Source: Podarcis melisellensis (Eukaryota). Taken from it: a DNA stretch of 64,000 nt. The notes beneath the pieces are model-generated. The model worked only from the letters and a program-made list of their open reading frames with translations, searched no databases and had not been told where the DNA came from. The stretch lies in the NCBI GenBank assembly GCA_964234715.1, contig OZ174275.1, one strand, 5' to 3'. A program made the translations under genes and the position numbers. Below are positions 36,097 to 48,964 of this stretch, one piece after another. Every line of letters starts with the position of its first letter. Position 1 is the first letter of the stretch.

Positions 36097-39042
36097 CTGT
36101 AGGGAGACAGCTCCCCAAAGGAGAAGCAAACATATTGGAGGTTGGGGTAGGAGGGTGGGGGGAGAGAAGAGGCAAACAAACAGGGAGAGATGAGCCAGGG
36201 ACATCCAGAAAGCAACCAACTCTTCTTCCACTTGCTCTTTTCTCTGGAGTTCTCTATACAGCAGTCCCAGTTCAACATCATAGGACCAAACCACAGCATG
36301 GCAAAGTCTCCCCCCAAAACAACAACAACTCAAGGATAATATATTGTGGAATAAATTGTGGGGAGCCAACACTAGCCTGTAACTGCCTTGTCCACAGCGG
36401 AAATACGGCATTTTTAAATTGTAAGCAGCCTTGGCAACTTGCAGTTTTGAATGGCAAGTGAGAGGGGTACTTAATTCATGAGGTAAAAACATAAGAAGGA
36501 TCCTGCTGGATCAGATTAAAGGCCTATCTAGTCCAGCATTCTGCTTCCCACAGTGGCCGACCTGTGGTGAAAGCAGCCTGGATGGGTGGTTTAGAGTTGG
36601 AAAAGAGCAAGCGGTTTAAGTATACCCTCCTTTTGCTGCTCCTCTGCTCAAAATTAGAGACACCCAATGCTGTTTTACTCTTCTTTTCTTTTCAAATAAA
36701 CTTGCTAGGAAGTAAATTGTAATGTCTAGTTTGCCCCAATGCTCAAAATACTGAGAACTAAACAACCAATTCCCAGGCATCTAAACCCAATTATTGCTGC
36801 ATCAGTAAGTACAGCAGCAATTCTGCCAAACAGATATACCTTCCTGTGGTTGCTGGCAGAAATTCCCCCTTCTCCAGCCCAGGGACTGCTAAAGTGTGTG
36901 AACATACCATATTACTCTGCTAGGGGCATTCCTGGATGCCACTGCAAATTCCCTCTCTGCCAATCTGAGATCTAGGGTTGCCATATTTCAAAAAGTAAAA
37001 ACCAGGACACCCCGAAAGTTGTTGAACTTTTTTTAGGAAGCAGAGTTTGGCCCAGTTGCAGACACACCACAGAGGAAATGCCACAAATTCCACTCATTGG
37101 AATCTGAGGTCAGGGGTTTTCAGCTCCATTCCCAGGCTCACTAGGATCCTGATAAAAGTATTATTTAAGTGGGTACCAAAGCTTTGTCTCGGTATCAGAA
37201 GCTACACCCTTTCCCTCTTAAACTAGGCCGACTGCATCAGAAATAAAGGCTACTCCCTCCAAAACAACCCAAACAGAGAATGGCCCGAGGAAGTCTGAGA
37301 TGCGTCTCCAATGCAAATTTTTCATGGCTAATTCCAATTTCAGCCTTGCTTTTTGTAGTGCCCCACATTCATCGTGGGATTTCTGGGACATAAACCCCTG
37401 AGGCATTCTCCTCAAACAATTCAACCAAAGTTTTCTTGCTTGTAGTGTAAGATTCCCCACCCCCAGCTTTGAATTTGTGGCTACGGTTAACGTGGTGGTA
37501 TGTAACATGGAAAACTAGCCATTGCTAATTCAACTGATTTAGGTCACGGACAATCCCTCAAAGGAAGAAGGGGGTTCTGGGGAAAATATGCAAGTCTTCC
37601 TGTGGCAGGAGGGAGGGGAAGTTGAATCTGATCAGCGGCAAGGCACAGGGAGCAGCAAAAAGCATGGTGGGCTGGGAGATTTAGAAAGGGCTGGTGGAAG
37701 GAAGAGAGCAATGCTCTGACCAGCCCTCGTGGAAAACATGCCTCTGCTAACTGTCCAAGGACATGGTTAAGTACAGAAATTGGGCTATTGATTCTGTGGG
37801 CAACGCAGGTGTCTCCCTGCTCCCTTCTGCACTCCTCTCCTACAAGAGGGACGAGTAGGCCCTAAACAGGAAATACAAGCCATCATTGAAATACATAGTC
37901 TCAGAGTGGACTTGAGATACGATATCCCTTCTTGAAGTTGTAGGAGAAATGCCATTCACAAACTAGAATTCTGAGTTCAGGACTCCACCATTAATTTGTA
38001 CAGAGCAAGGGTGTGTCAGGGGCCAAATCCAGCCCTCTAGGCCTCTCTGTCTACTCTTTCGCACTCTCCCCAGACCATACGCCGCCCCTCACTGGTCCCT
38101 CAAGTGTTTCTCTCTAGAATGAGTCCTGACAGCGCCTCTCACTTGCCTGGATGGAAGACAGAAGTGTCTTTGTGTGAAAACTGGCCTGCTGTATAAAGGT
38201 ATAATTTAGACCTGCTGTTCGACTTGCTTTCGCCTCTGGCTCCACCCACCACTGGCATGTGGCCCTCAGAGCATTGACTGGAAAGGAATGTGGCCCTCGG
38301 GCTGACAAAGTTTCCCACCCTGGTGTAGATTTTATCTTGGCCCTCCAGGGGCTTCAGTTTGGTCTGCAAGGCCAAACCACACCCACTCATCCATCAGCTG
38401 ACATCAGTGGTGACATGAGCAGATGAGGGGGAGGACAAGGTTTAATCCTGCACTGCCTGCCCACATGTCCCCTTTCCAGCAGGGAACACTATCACACAGC
38501 AAAAGGCAGCAAGATTTAATCTCCACTTATCAGCTGATGGGTGGAAATTAAAGCCTTCTCAAAATTGCAGCTCCTGTGCTTCTCCAGTTAGCAGCAGAAG
38601 CGAGAGGAGGGGGAGAAGAATCTACCCTGCCCTCCCCTCTGCCACCAAGCCCAGGCTCACAGGAGAAGCAGCACTTCTGAGAAGCGCATTAAGAGAAACC
38701 CCTGGTCCAGTTTCAGCTGAAATGAGACTATGGGAGCTGCTTCTCCCATGCGCAGGAGGGTGGCAACAAGGGGGAGGCGGGGAGGTGTCCTTTGCTTGGC
38801 TGCTGCCACTGCCCCCCGGAGAAGTGCACAGAGTTCCCATCCTTTGCAAGCCTCCCTCCCTTGGTGGAAGTTCAGTGCCGAAAAGGATTTTGACTGGTGA
38901 ATGGCCCCGCCCACCTGTCAAGTTTGGCTCGTCAGGAACCCTAATAAGGATCTGGCCCAAAAAGGTTCCCCATCCCAGCCTGACTGCAGGAGATTACTCT
39001 TCTCATTGAATGAGAGAATGCAACTTTGTGAATCCTCATTAC

Positions 39043-39127
39043 CTTTGTGTTCCTCGCTGACGCCCGCTAACAAGGCATAGAAGATATGATAATTACGTTC
39101 CTCCGGGTTCTGGTGAACAACTCTGTT
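39043..39127 (-). CDS. MYO10L: Myosin-X-like exon 8 (NRVVHQNPEERNYHIFYALLAG)
   Basis: tttcag|...G|gtaatg, 85 nt. Confidence 0.96.
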
Positions 39128-39987
39128 CTGAAACAAGAAGAATGAAGGGTGTGTGTGACCCCAAAGGCACACACAAACTAGCAGAGCTCCTGGCAATGAA
39201 ATGTGTGCTCGACATAGGAGGGACAGCCACTGTGCTTAGCCCTGTTTCTGCTACATCAACAGCATGAAATGAATCCAGGTAGGTGTGCATCACCGCATAC
39301 AGTTTTACATACAATATGTCCTGGGGTCTATGCAAGAATGAGGGAAGTCCACACCAAAACCCATAACCAGTCACCGTTTAATGTTTCCATGCGCCAAATT
39401 ATATCCCTCCTTGAGTGGGAGGAGTGAGGTCTAGTGCTGTCTTCCTTCACTGCCATTTTCTTGTTGCTGCTCCTTCACCACTACTGGAGCCTCTCTCCCT
39501 TTTTTCTTTTTGATTAATTTAGCACCATTTCATCCATGCACTTTCCCCCGGGATACGTTGCTCACTTGCCTACTTCACAGTCTCAGAATCTGACTACTCC
39601 CTTTTCCCTGGCAAAGCAAATCAGCCTCACTCCTCCCTTTTCAGTACTGTCTTGTGTGTGGCTCCATTAGTGCAAGTGCACAGATGCAATTGCGCAAAAC
39701 AGGACATTTATTAATAACATAGATGTTCAAGGATGAGGAAGCATATGTATCATGGGAAACTCATGGTTCTTTCTGAGACGGTGAAGGTTTATAGTGAAAC
39801 GAAACAACAACAAAAAAGGGAATATAGCTTAATGTAGTGTGGACACACCAGAGTTTCTACTGTGCAGAACTTTTAGGGGTGTCGAGACAGTACCCTACCC
39901 AGGAGTAGCCATCATAGCATCTCCATATCATCTGGACATTGTGAAGGGGCAAAGAAGAGGGGCACGATCAAAATAAACTTTACTCAC

Positions 39988-40001
39988 CTTCTCCAATAAA
40001 T
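39988..40001 (-). CDS. MYO10L: Myosin-X-like exon 7, 14-nt microexon ((Y)LLEK)
   Basis: ctcag|ATTTATTGGAGAAG|gtgagt; restores the conserved DYLLEK. Confidence 0.93.
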
Positions 40002-40364
40002 CTGAGCAATGAGTTAAGGAGGAAGTAATGGTACGATGGCTCCTAGAAAGACGTCCCAGTGTCTGCCAAAGAATCTTTCAACGACATAGGAATCTGGCTG
40101 CAAAGAACTCTGTCCCCAACTTATATAGGCCAGGATTGTTTCACTCCTGGATTCTAAATGGTTAGAGAGCTACCCTCTTTTGCAAAGGAAAACTCAACAA
40201 CACAGAATCGGAAATGAGCTGGAAAATGGGGAGGAAGGTCCCCTTGCCTGACATGATTATACCCTGCTAAGTCAGCAGTGGAGACACAACCAGCTCACCA
40301 GCTCCGCTTGGCCTTGGGTGTGAGCTAAGGTAATCAGGGATAAAACCACCAAAAAGAAGGATAC
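40002..40364 (-). other. U12-type (minor spliceosome) GT-AG intron
   Basis: 5' splice site GTATCCTTCT; branch point TCCTTAAC at 40013-40020, 11 nt from the intron 3' end. Confidence 0.93.
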
Positions 40365-40489
40365 AGTCAGTGACTCTCCCACCCTGGATATGCCCATGCT
40401 GGGAAAAGTGCAGCTGGATGAACTTGCCAAAGCGACTAGAATTGTTGTTGTAGACTGTCTTGGCATTTCCAAAAGCCTCCAGTACTGGG
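40365..40489 (-). CDS. MYO10L: Myosin-X-like exon 6 ([23 protein letters not shown]; switch I)
   Basis: ttctag|...GAC T|gtatcctt (U12-type donor), 125 nt. Confidence 0.96.
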
Positions 40490-41219
40490 CTAGAAGGAAG
40501 GAAGGAAGGAAGGAAGATTAGTAGTGATGTTTGGGGTGTATAATAAGGGTAGATTGCACTTTCTTTAACTCTAGGCATGTTTACTGTGGAGACCTTTCAA
40601 ATTTTGAGGAACTGAGCTCTCTCTTAACAAAAACAACAACTCCCTTCAAAAAAACACAACCTTCCAAGTTTCTAGCCCTCATGTCTGCAATGACAGACTT
40701 GATATCTCCAAAGTCTGTGTTTACCGCAACTTCCTCCTCCCCCTTGACCAGCAGAAGCAGAATCAACCAAATATATGTGAACATTTTCAATTAATGTAGC
40801 TTATACATGCTGCACAGCCCCGCTTTTCTTAGTGCACCAAGCAGTCCCACTTAAACATGTCGGACACCTGAGAAAATGGACGTGGAAACAGCCACCAGGA
40901 ATGAGCATGGCAGGCTTTGCTCCCCTGGTTCAAAACAGCACAGACCGCTGACCTCTGAAGGGCACCTGGAAAAAATCAGGCAGATGGATTCTCCATATCA
41001 AGTACAGAAATATTCCAAGGAATAAGGACTTTTGCTGGACACTCTCTATGCATTTACAGCCCTCTAGCTGAAAAAGGAAGTTTGCGGGCCATAACTAGAA
41101 GGCAGATAGTTGGGAAGCTCCAGTGCCAGTCCTACCCCTTGTCCATGACGTGGCTCCCCTGAGAGGAGACACCGCCAAATCACACACTCACACCAACCCT
41201 GTGCTGCGTGGGCTTGTAC

Positions 41220-41354
41220 CTGCTCTCCATGATGGCCTCCTCCACATGTGTGCTCTTCTCTGACGCAGGGCCGCCCAGTGAGGTCTGGCTCATGGCTGAT
41301 AGAAACTTCAGCAGCAACTTGGTGCTCTCTGTCTTTCCAGCTCCACTTTCACCA
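41220..41354 (-). CDS. MYO10L: Myosin-X-like exon 5 (P-loop GESGAGKTESTK)
   Basis: taacag|...AG|gtacaa, 135 nt. Confidence 0.96.
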
Positions 41355-41755
41355 CTGTTAAATGGACAGCCAAAACAACCTGCTCAGGACAGCACCAACC
41401 AAAGGGAATGCCAAGTCAATGGCAAGTCAGAAAGAATGGCTCCAGAATGTACGTGCAGCACTCCCCCAAAAATCCCAACTAATGGTTGGGGAGATGTTTG
41501 CTGCAATGAGCATAAAAAGATAAGGGGAGCCCTGGTGCAGCAGACCAGCTGTCCACCCTGGTTCAACAACTGGTATTCAGAGGCATACGGCCTTCAAGAA
41601 TGGAGGTACGACACTAAAGAGCCTTATCCTCTGTGAATCTGCCCGATCCCTTTTAAAGATGGCGGCCATCACTACATCCTCTATTGTTTAACTATATGCT
41701 ATGGGGGGGGGTGCTTTGATTCATCTGCCCTCCTGATCCAAAATGCCTCCCTCAC

Positions 41756-41943
41756 CTGATGAGGACGCATTGGCTGTCATGGCGCCTCCACAGGCAGCTG
41801 TAGCACTCGCTGGCTGTGGCAAAGATGTGGGGTGGCAGCTCACCCAGACAGTGCTGGCGGTACAGGTCAATGGCATCGGCATCATACAATCCAGCGATGG
41901 GCTTGTAGGGATTCACAGAGACCAAGATGGAGCCGATGTTTGT
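41756..41943 (-). CDS. MYO10L: Myosin-X-like exon 4 (TNIGSILVSVNPYK...LPPHIFA...QCVLIS)
   Basis: ctccag|...AG|gtgagg, 188 nt. Confidence 0.96.
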
Positions 41944-42399
41944 CTGGAGGAGAAAGCGGAAAGAACAGCAAAATAAACAAGCGGTTTTAGTGAGCTGCTG
42001 GGGACCAACTCCATACATTTGTACACATGCGCTTCTGTAAGAGCCGCCACTCACTGTTTGCCACAAGAGGGCAATATTCTACCTCCCTCCGGGCACTTTG
42101 ATCCCATAAAATCTGACAGTGCTCAAATGCTAATAAGCTCCATACAGGGTGATTTGTTTCAGTCACCTTCTTGCAAATATCGCCATATTATTACAGATAG
42201 TTCTGTTTGTGTTCAGGCCAGCCAGAGGGCTTCCAAAAAGAGACGCAAGCACAGATATTGTAAGATCAACAATCACAAATCTCCCACCTATCGCACAGTT
42301 TGGCCCTCAGACCTACTTTGGGCTCACTGATATCCTTCTGGAGAGGATAAGGAACATCAAAGGCTATTATATACCTGAGGGTGGAAAGGATCCATCATT

Positions 42400-42930
42400 C
42401 TCAGGACAGAAATCAATGGTTTTAAGTGGAGGCCAGGTCTTGACAGAAGGTTTAAAAGGACTGAACTTCTTCAGCCCAGCCGAAAAAAGAAAAGAAAAAA
42501 AGGGAAGCTAAGAGGGTACATTACAGCTCTCTAAAAATAATTGGAGGGAGGTAGCTATTAATGTAGAGGGAGACATGCTAATTTAGGGTACAGGACATTA
42601 CTGAGAACAAGAAGAAACTATTATATAAGCTGCCCATTCAACAAAATGCAGGATGCATTCTAATGGTCAGAAGAATTCATATTTGGGAAGAATCTCCCTA
42701 GGGGACCTTCAGCGATGAAGATTATTTTTTTATTAGGTTTTTTTTAATGGAGCTAAGTACATTTCAGGGATACTAAATGATGTACCTGAAGTTTCACTGG
42801 AGCCTACCCAGGGTGGAGCAAGAATGTTCCCACCTATTTATTGTCCCCCTTCAAATCCTTCCTCAGAGGTAGAGATGACCACAACTGGAGATGGGACATT
42901 AGATGGACAGTACTATCGTGCTCAAGTGGC
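42400..42930 (+). mobile_element. Old CR1 LINE 3' fragment
   Basis: Degenerate LKGLNFFSPAEKR...LRG resembles the CR1 ORF2 end (LKELGLFSLEKRRLRGD). Confidence 0.55.
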
Positions 42931-44460
42931 AAGGAAGCCTCTATGGGATACTTAGGGTTTCTTGACAAGTCATGGCCTTGGGCTGAGGGGAAGCCGCATC
43001 TCTGTAAGGACTGGGCAGGGAATCATCCCTGCCTGGCCTCTCTCCCGTTCCTTTCTTTCCATGTATTACTCCTTGGCCATGCTTAGAAGAAGCAGGACAC
43101 CACTGTGTAGGCTTGGCTGAATGGGAGTAGGCCGGGATGTTTCTGGGAGTGGGGTGGACAAAGAAAAACACTGAAAGGGGGAAGCAGGATAGTTTCTCAG
43201 AAAACAAGAACGGTGCCTGTACATGTTGCCTCATGTGTCAGGTTCTACAAGATGCTAGAGATGTACTCTTCTTGAAAAAAGCAAGCAAGCTGGGGAGCTG
43301 GTGGTTATGTTTCATGGTGGTGGTGGGGACTGCTCAGTAGTCTTTAAGTCACTTGGCCTGGTTCACTGAACAAGCAACCACGCTGGAGCACAATGAGAAA
43401 ATCTACTTCATCTCCTCCTGCTGCAATGGTGCTCAGAGCTAAGCCAATGTTACATCCAAATCCACGCTTGTGATTTGCCTCACTCCAAATAAACCATGAA
43501 CTGTAACCAAGGTTTGTTCTTGGCTCGTGGTTTGTTTGAGGGAGGCAAACCATGACATAACACTAAAGGCATATGGTGTCTTGTTTTTCGGTAGCACGGC
43601 AGGAGCAGGCTTGGTTCTGATGTCAAAAATATACTTTAGCATTGTGGAAACAAGGCTAGTTTCCTTCTTGTGCACCCCTCTCTTCCTCCTCTGGCACAGT
43701 CACAAGAGGCCATCAAGAGAAGCTTTCAATTCTTGATTAAACTGCATCTTGCTATGACATCTGAACCTAGCAAAGTGTGCTTAATTTTAAATATGCTTTG
43801 TTTGAAACCCAATTTCAAACCATAGTTTACAAAGCTGGCTTGTTTCAACAAACCATAGTTAACCATGGGATTTAGATGTCACACTAAAACTGTGGCTAAC
43901 TGAAAACAGAAGCTAAAGCTAAACTAATTCCCTCCTCCTGGCTATGCTAGAGGGGGGGGGGAGTGAACATACTGAAAGCTCACTGCAACTTGCCACACTA
44001 AACTCTGGTTTACTCTGGCAACCAGTAAGTCTTTCGCATTTCAGAGTGTAGTAGACCCATCTCTGAGGGAAAATGAATTATAGCAGAATGAAGTTTTTTT
44101 ATTGTTGTTGTTGGGTTTTTTTTAAAATAAAAGATCAGTTAAATTTTCTATAATCTCTTTTGCCCCAAGGTAGAGCTATGGGTCTGAAATGTGTCAGGAC
44201 TTACTGTCTCTCACAATAAATCTTTAAGCGCCTCCTGGGATTTTTAAAAAATATCCACAGGCATACATCCTCCTGCCTAAATCTTCTCTCAGCCCAGCAT
44301 CTACAAAATGGGGATAATAACACTGAATGTACAGGGATGTCACTGGATTACTGAAACCAGATTTTACAAGAGACTCTGAGCTACTGCTTCTGAGTGTCTT
44401 CACACTCTCCCCTCCTTGGAAAAATCCAACGTAAACCACGTATGGTGGGGGTATCATTGC

Positions 44461-44491
<31 letters not shown>

Positions 44492-45732
44492 TGCCTGTAC
44501 CTTGCATCGCTGCTTGGCAGGGATGGGGGAATGTACAGTGCAATGACATCGTGTCACATACTATCTGTATTAGATATTACAAGAAACAGAGAACAGGAGC
44601 AGCCATGGTGCCGTGTCTCATATAAGTTCTAGGATGGCCCCAATACAGTGTCTACAAAATACTCTCTGATCATTTAAACATATACTGGTATGCAAATGCT
44701 AATTATTATTCTATTTCCCTACAGCAAAAAGAGAGATGTGGGAGGGAAGAAGTAGCAAACTGAGGAAATTAGGGTAGGCAGTTGTCAAAGGGATGTTCAA
44801 GAGGGTAAGATCCGATTGTAAAGGTCTGGGCAGTAAAGAGCTGCTTGCACAGGGAACACTTGAGAGGTTGCAGGATGGAGACAGACCTGGGTCAAGAGAG
44901 CAAAAAGAGAAGGCGTGTCCATCACAAGACAGCAAAGATTCATTACCATGCAATACAGACTTTGCAACTTCCTTGTCTGCCCAAAATGGAGAAGATGCTT
45001 CCCAGAAATCGGGTCACTTAATTGATCATTTACTGGAATACAAGATGCATACAGTCCTGTTGCCTTAGTAACTGTTGCTAGGCAACACAGCCTAAGATCC
45101 ACATTTCAATATCAGAATTTGAACGGACTTGCACACAGGTAAGAAAGGAGGAGGAGCATGCCTCATGGCCCTTCTCGCAGTCCCAGGTAATCTTGCAAAC
45201 ACCATAAATGGCACCGAACCCCCTGCATCTCTCTGCCTCCCGTACACAGCTCCTGAAGCGGGATGAAAGAGGATGTTTACTGCCTCTGGTGCACATGTCT
45301 GTCATTCAACCTAGGAAACCTGCTCCAGGAAGAAACACCTGGAGCATCTTCAATGCCAGCTGCTGAGAATCCTCTTGCAAAGAGAACCAACCACTGATGG
45401 CATGGCAAACATTACTGCATTTCTCATCTGCAGCAACCCAGTAGCTACTCCTGGACACTCAAGCCTAGACTAGGCATTCAGGAGAACGAGGTAGTTTCCA
45501 AAATGGCAAAATAGAGTATATCGCTATGGAATGCAGATGATGGGATAGCATTTTTGAATTCTCCCTTTTGTAAAAATGCCCCTTGCAAGTAGAAAACTAG
45601 TGCCTACAGAACAGGCTAGGGCAAAAACTCTTTCTCTGGTGTGCTAATTTTGGGTGGGTCTTTCCCCCAACTTACAGGCTTTTCCTTTTACTATAGGGAA
45701 GCATTAAAAACAGCACTTCCATATTTATATAC

Positions 45733-45800
45733 GTGTGTGTGTGTGTGTGTGTGTGTGTATCATTCCCCATCTGCAATCTGAAATGGTATGTCTATTACAG

Positions 45801-45834
<34 letters not shown>
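45733..45834. repeat. (GT)13 and (AC)16 microsatellites in inverted arrangement
   Basis: 45733-45758 and 45803-45834. Confidence 0.95.
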
Positions 45835-45836
<2 letters not shown>

Positions 45837-46105
45837 CCTTAGCTGTGCCTTATACTCAGCATAAAATCCACTAGTGATGCTGTGTTCCAAATGTGTGCAG
45901 AGTGACCCAAGAATACTAACTTGATTCAGCCAAAGCACAACCAGGAGGAGACACAGACTTCTGTCCAAGCCATGATTAAGAGGTCTCCAAATCGGGTGAG
46001 ATGGGGTAAAGGACAGCCGTGCAGCTAAGCTTTCTTTTCAGGCCACTTCTGCTCTGGCAGCCTGTTGGTGGGCTAGCAAAGAATCTGTCTGCTTTGGTCA
46101 CTCAC

Positions 46106-46264
46106 ATAGATGTGGTCCTGCTGGTAGCGCTGGTGCAGATTGAGCAAAATGGCCGCCTCGTGCAGGTCCCCCAGCATGGACATGTCCTCCACCCCCTCCA
46201 TACTCGACCGATGCATCGGCAGGACTTTCTCTCTGGGCACAGAGGCCCACGGGTAGCAGAACAC
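46106..46264 (-). CDS. MYO10L: Myosin-X-like exon 3 (VFCYPW...GVEDMSMLGDLHEAAILLNLHQRYQQDHIY)
   Basis: ctccag|...TAT|gtgagt, 159 nt. Confidence 0.95.
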
Positions 46265-47575
46265 CTGGAGGGAAGGAAAAAGATGGTACATGTAGAGATG
46301 CAGGATTCTGTGGGGGGCTGTAACTCCTGGCAGTTGATCAGTTGACTCTCTTCTAACAAAATACCATGATGGTTGGCAGGTTTCTTGCCCTGTTTATTTA
46401 TGAAGTGGGTGGGCTCAACAGTAAAAGGAGTGCAAGGGTGTAGAGATGTAAGTAACAGGAAATGGGAGGGGTCAACCCACCTTCTGTATTTACCTTGTCC
46501 TTTCGCAGCTATTTTAAACTTTTATTTCTACAGTAAGAAATAAATTAAAACCATGGGTGGTATTCAACCAAGTTTTACTCAAGAGTAGTGCCACTGAAAT
46601 TACTAGGCATGACTAAGTTTGGTCCTTTCATTTCAACAAGTCTACTCTTGAGTAAAAGCTGAATGACATCTCACATGACTTATACACATTGAGCAGGCTT
46701 CGATGAACGAGTCCTCTCAGTGAACACATCTGGACTCACCACTGGGTGAGTTCACCCAATAGTGAACTGAAGTGACTCATTGTGTTTTACAAGCAGAGAC
46801 ATCTTTATACAGATGAGCTTACCTCCACACTTTGCACTTTTAGGCGTATTCCAATTATCTATATCGATAGTTACCTATATCAGAAGAGGAATCAGAATAC
46901 AAATTTTCTGCGCCTGGAAAGTTTGATAGCTAATGGCTTGGAAGAAACCCTACCCTTCTGCCACTCTGTTAACAGGCCCCAATAGTTGGAAGTAACACTA
47001 TAAAAATAACTGATCTTCATGAAGTCATTTTGTCTTATATGCTATGGGAGGGTCTGAGAAAGATGCCAGTCTCCGTTCCTTACATAAACCAAAGAAACTA
47101 TAGGAGAAAGGGAGGTGGAAGTGGACTGACTCCCGCATCCCTACAGGGATTATCACCAATTTCAGAGGCAGCCACTTTTAGAAATGCTAAGAGGTGTGAA
47201 TTGCTTGCATACAGCTGCTTCCAAAGCCTTCAGTCTGTCTGGCTTTTCAGACGCCTCTCCTGAGCATCTAAGTGCTTTGTGGCAATGTCAACAAGCAGCG
47301 GTAATTCAAGGAAAAACCAATTTGCAAGCCTTAAGAAAAGGAGGACAAAGCCTTAAGAAAACCCGTACCTGCCAAAGCCACCTAGGGAAGAATGCAAAGA
47401 AGGTTTTTTCTTTGTAACTTGGCAACCTTAAAGATGCTGCATATTATGGCCACAGGAGAGGGGGGAAAGAGTCTCCTGAGCTATCAGCTTTTATTTAGTC
47501 CAGATGTGCAAGGGAATGACCTGGAAGGGTGTCCTTTGGCGGCTCATGAAAATGCTGTGTTTCCATTTCACTTAC

Positions 47576-47674
47576 CTCGCCATAGTCTGAAGTGAAGAGC
47601 ACGGATCCATCAACACAAGAGCCAACCGTGCAGGGCTGCAGCCGGTCCTGCTCCTGCAGCCACACACGTGTTCC
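47576..47674 (-). CDS. MYO10L: Myosin-X-like exon 2 (GTRVWLQEQDRLQPCTVGSCVDGSVLFTSDYGE)
   Basis: ttgcag|GGA...GAG|gtaagt, 99 nt; N-terminal SH3-like fold. Confidence 0.93.
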
Positions 47675-48733
47675 CTGCAACCAATCATAGCAGGATTCAA
47701 ACCATACGCTCCACACCTGACCACACTTATCTGTGCACTCGTGAGCATATCTACCCCTAATGATGCTTCCTGCAATTGCCCTCAACCATCAGCGGAAGCA
47801 ACCTCACTTCCATAAATGAAGCCTGTGGGCTGGTTCACACATGGGCATCTCTGAATGACTGCAGCAGTTAGCCATGACTGGTGTGGAGGAGCCACCAGAG
47901 AGGGACTGTCCATAGCCCAGGTGTCACCTTTAGAACAAAGCTGTTCAACGGCGTCTGTTCACATATTCTGTCATCAGATGGTACCAAGTCCTGAAATGGT
48001 GAGAAATCAGGAAACATGCATGCCTACACAGGCTCCAACTGCATCATCACAGGGAACATGGGGTCTTGTGGTGGGTTTTTGTTTTGTTTTGTTTACATTT
48101 TTGTAGCAAGCTGTGAAAATGTAGAGTGTGAGACTTTACTGGCTGACTGTAATGGCCAGAAGTGTAGCTCCCGTGTTCAATTAATGCAAGAAGCGTGCAC
48201 AATGGGGGCGGGATTTGGGGGCCAGGCCCTGTACCCCACCCATTACACATGCCTTCAATGCACCTTCAATCATACACCTGCAGGCACACTGCAGACAGGC
48301 CCACACATGCCATGAATGCTGAGATCTAGTCAGTAAACAGGGCTTAAGTTCCTCCCATTGCTGCAGTCTACATATACCAGGTCTTCCCAGGGCCCACCAA
48401 CCTCCCACACCACCAATGAAATGATAGGAGAACCTACCCACATACACATTCCCTTCATACCTGCATTTTTGTAAACATTGCTCAGTTGGGAAACTGCATA
48501 TCAACATTTGGATAAGTGTGAATTTCAAAGGCTAGCTGTGCTTCAGTTTGCGTATCGTTCCATAAAGTGCAGATTTGACAGATTTGGCTTTAAATGAGAC
48601 CTACATGAGACCTCTCGCATCCCCAGATGCAGCCCTTCCTCTCTCCCTATCACATCTCTTACACAACTGCCCCTACATTGTTTCCCTCCCAATGTACCTC
48701 ACAGGGTCTCATGTGAAGCTAAAAATGCCACTA

Positions 48734-48964
48734 CAGTGGTACCTCGGGTTACATACGCTTCAGGTTACATACACTTCAGGTTACAGACTCCGCTAACCCA
48801 GAAATAGTACCTCAGGTTAAGAACTTTGCTTCAGGATGAGAACAGAAATCGTGCTCCGGCGGCGGAAGGCCCAATTAGCTAAAGTGGTGCTTCAGGTTAA
48901 GAACAGTTTCAGGTTAAGTACGGACCTCTGGAATGAATTAAGTACTTAACCCGAGGTACCACTG
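48734..48964 (+). mobile_element. Tigger/pogo-like MITE, second copy
   Basis: Same TIR and TA target duplication as 31604-31826; highly similar body. Confidence 0.88.

Larger units (their letters stand above)
1043..47674 (-). other. MYO10L: Unconventional myosin-X-like gene, partial (30 coding exons; motor, 3xIQ, SAH, anti-CC, PEST, PH1N-PH2-PH1C)
   Basis: Manual splicing gives a continuous frame with P-loop GESGAGKT, switch I NNNSSRFG, switch [17 protein letters not shown] and the MYO10-specific split PH. All introns are GT-AG with compatible phases. Confidence 0.93.

Noticed and set aside
47675-47785. Upstream extension of the exon 2 ORF
   Set aside because: No in-frame ATG (TTG start only), and homology begins exactly at the acceptor.
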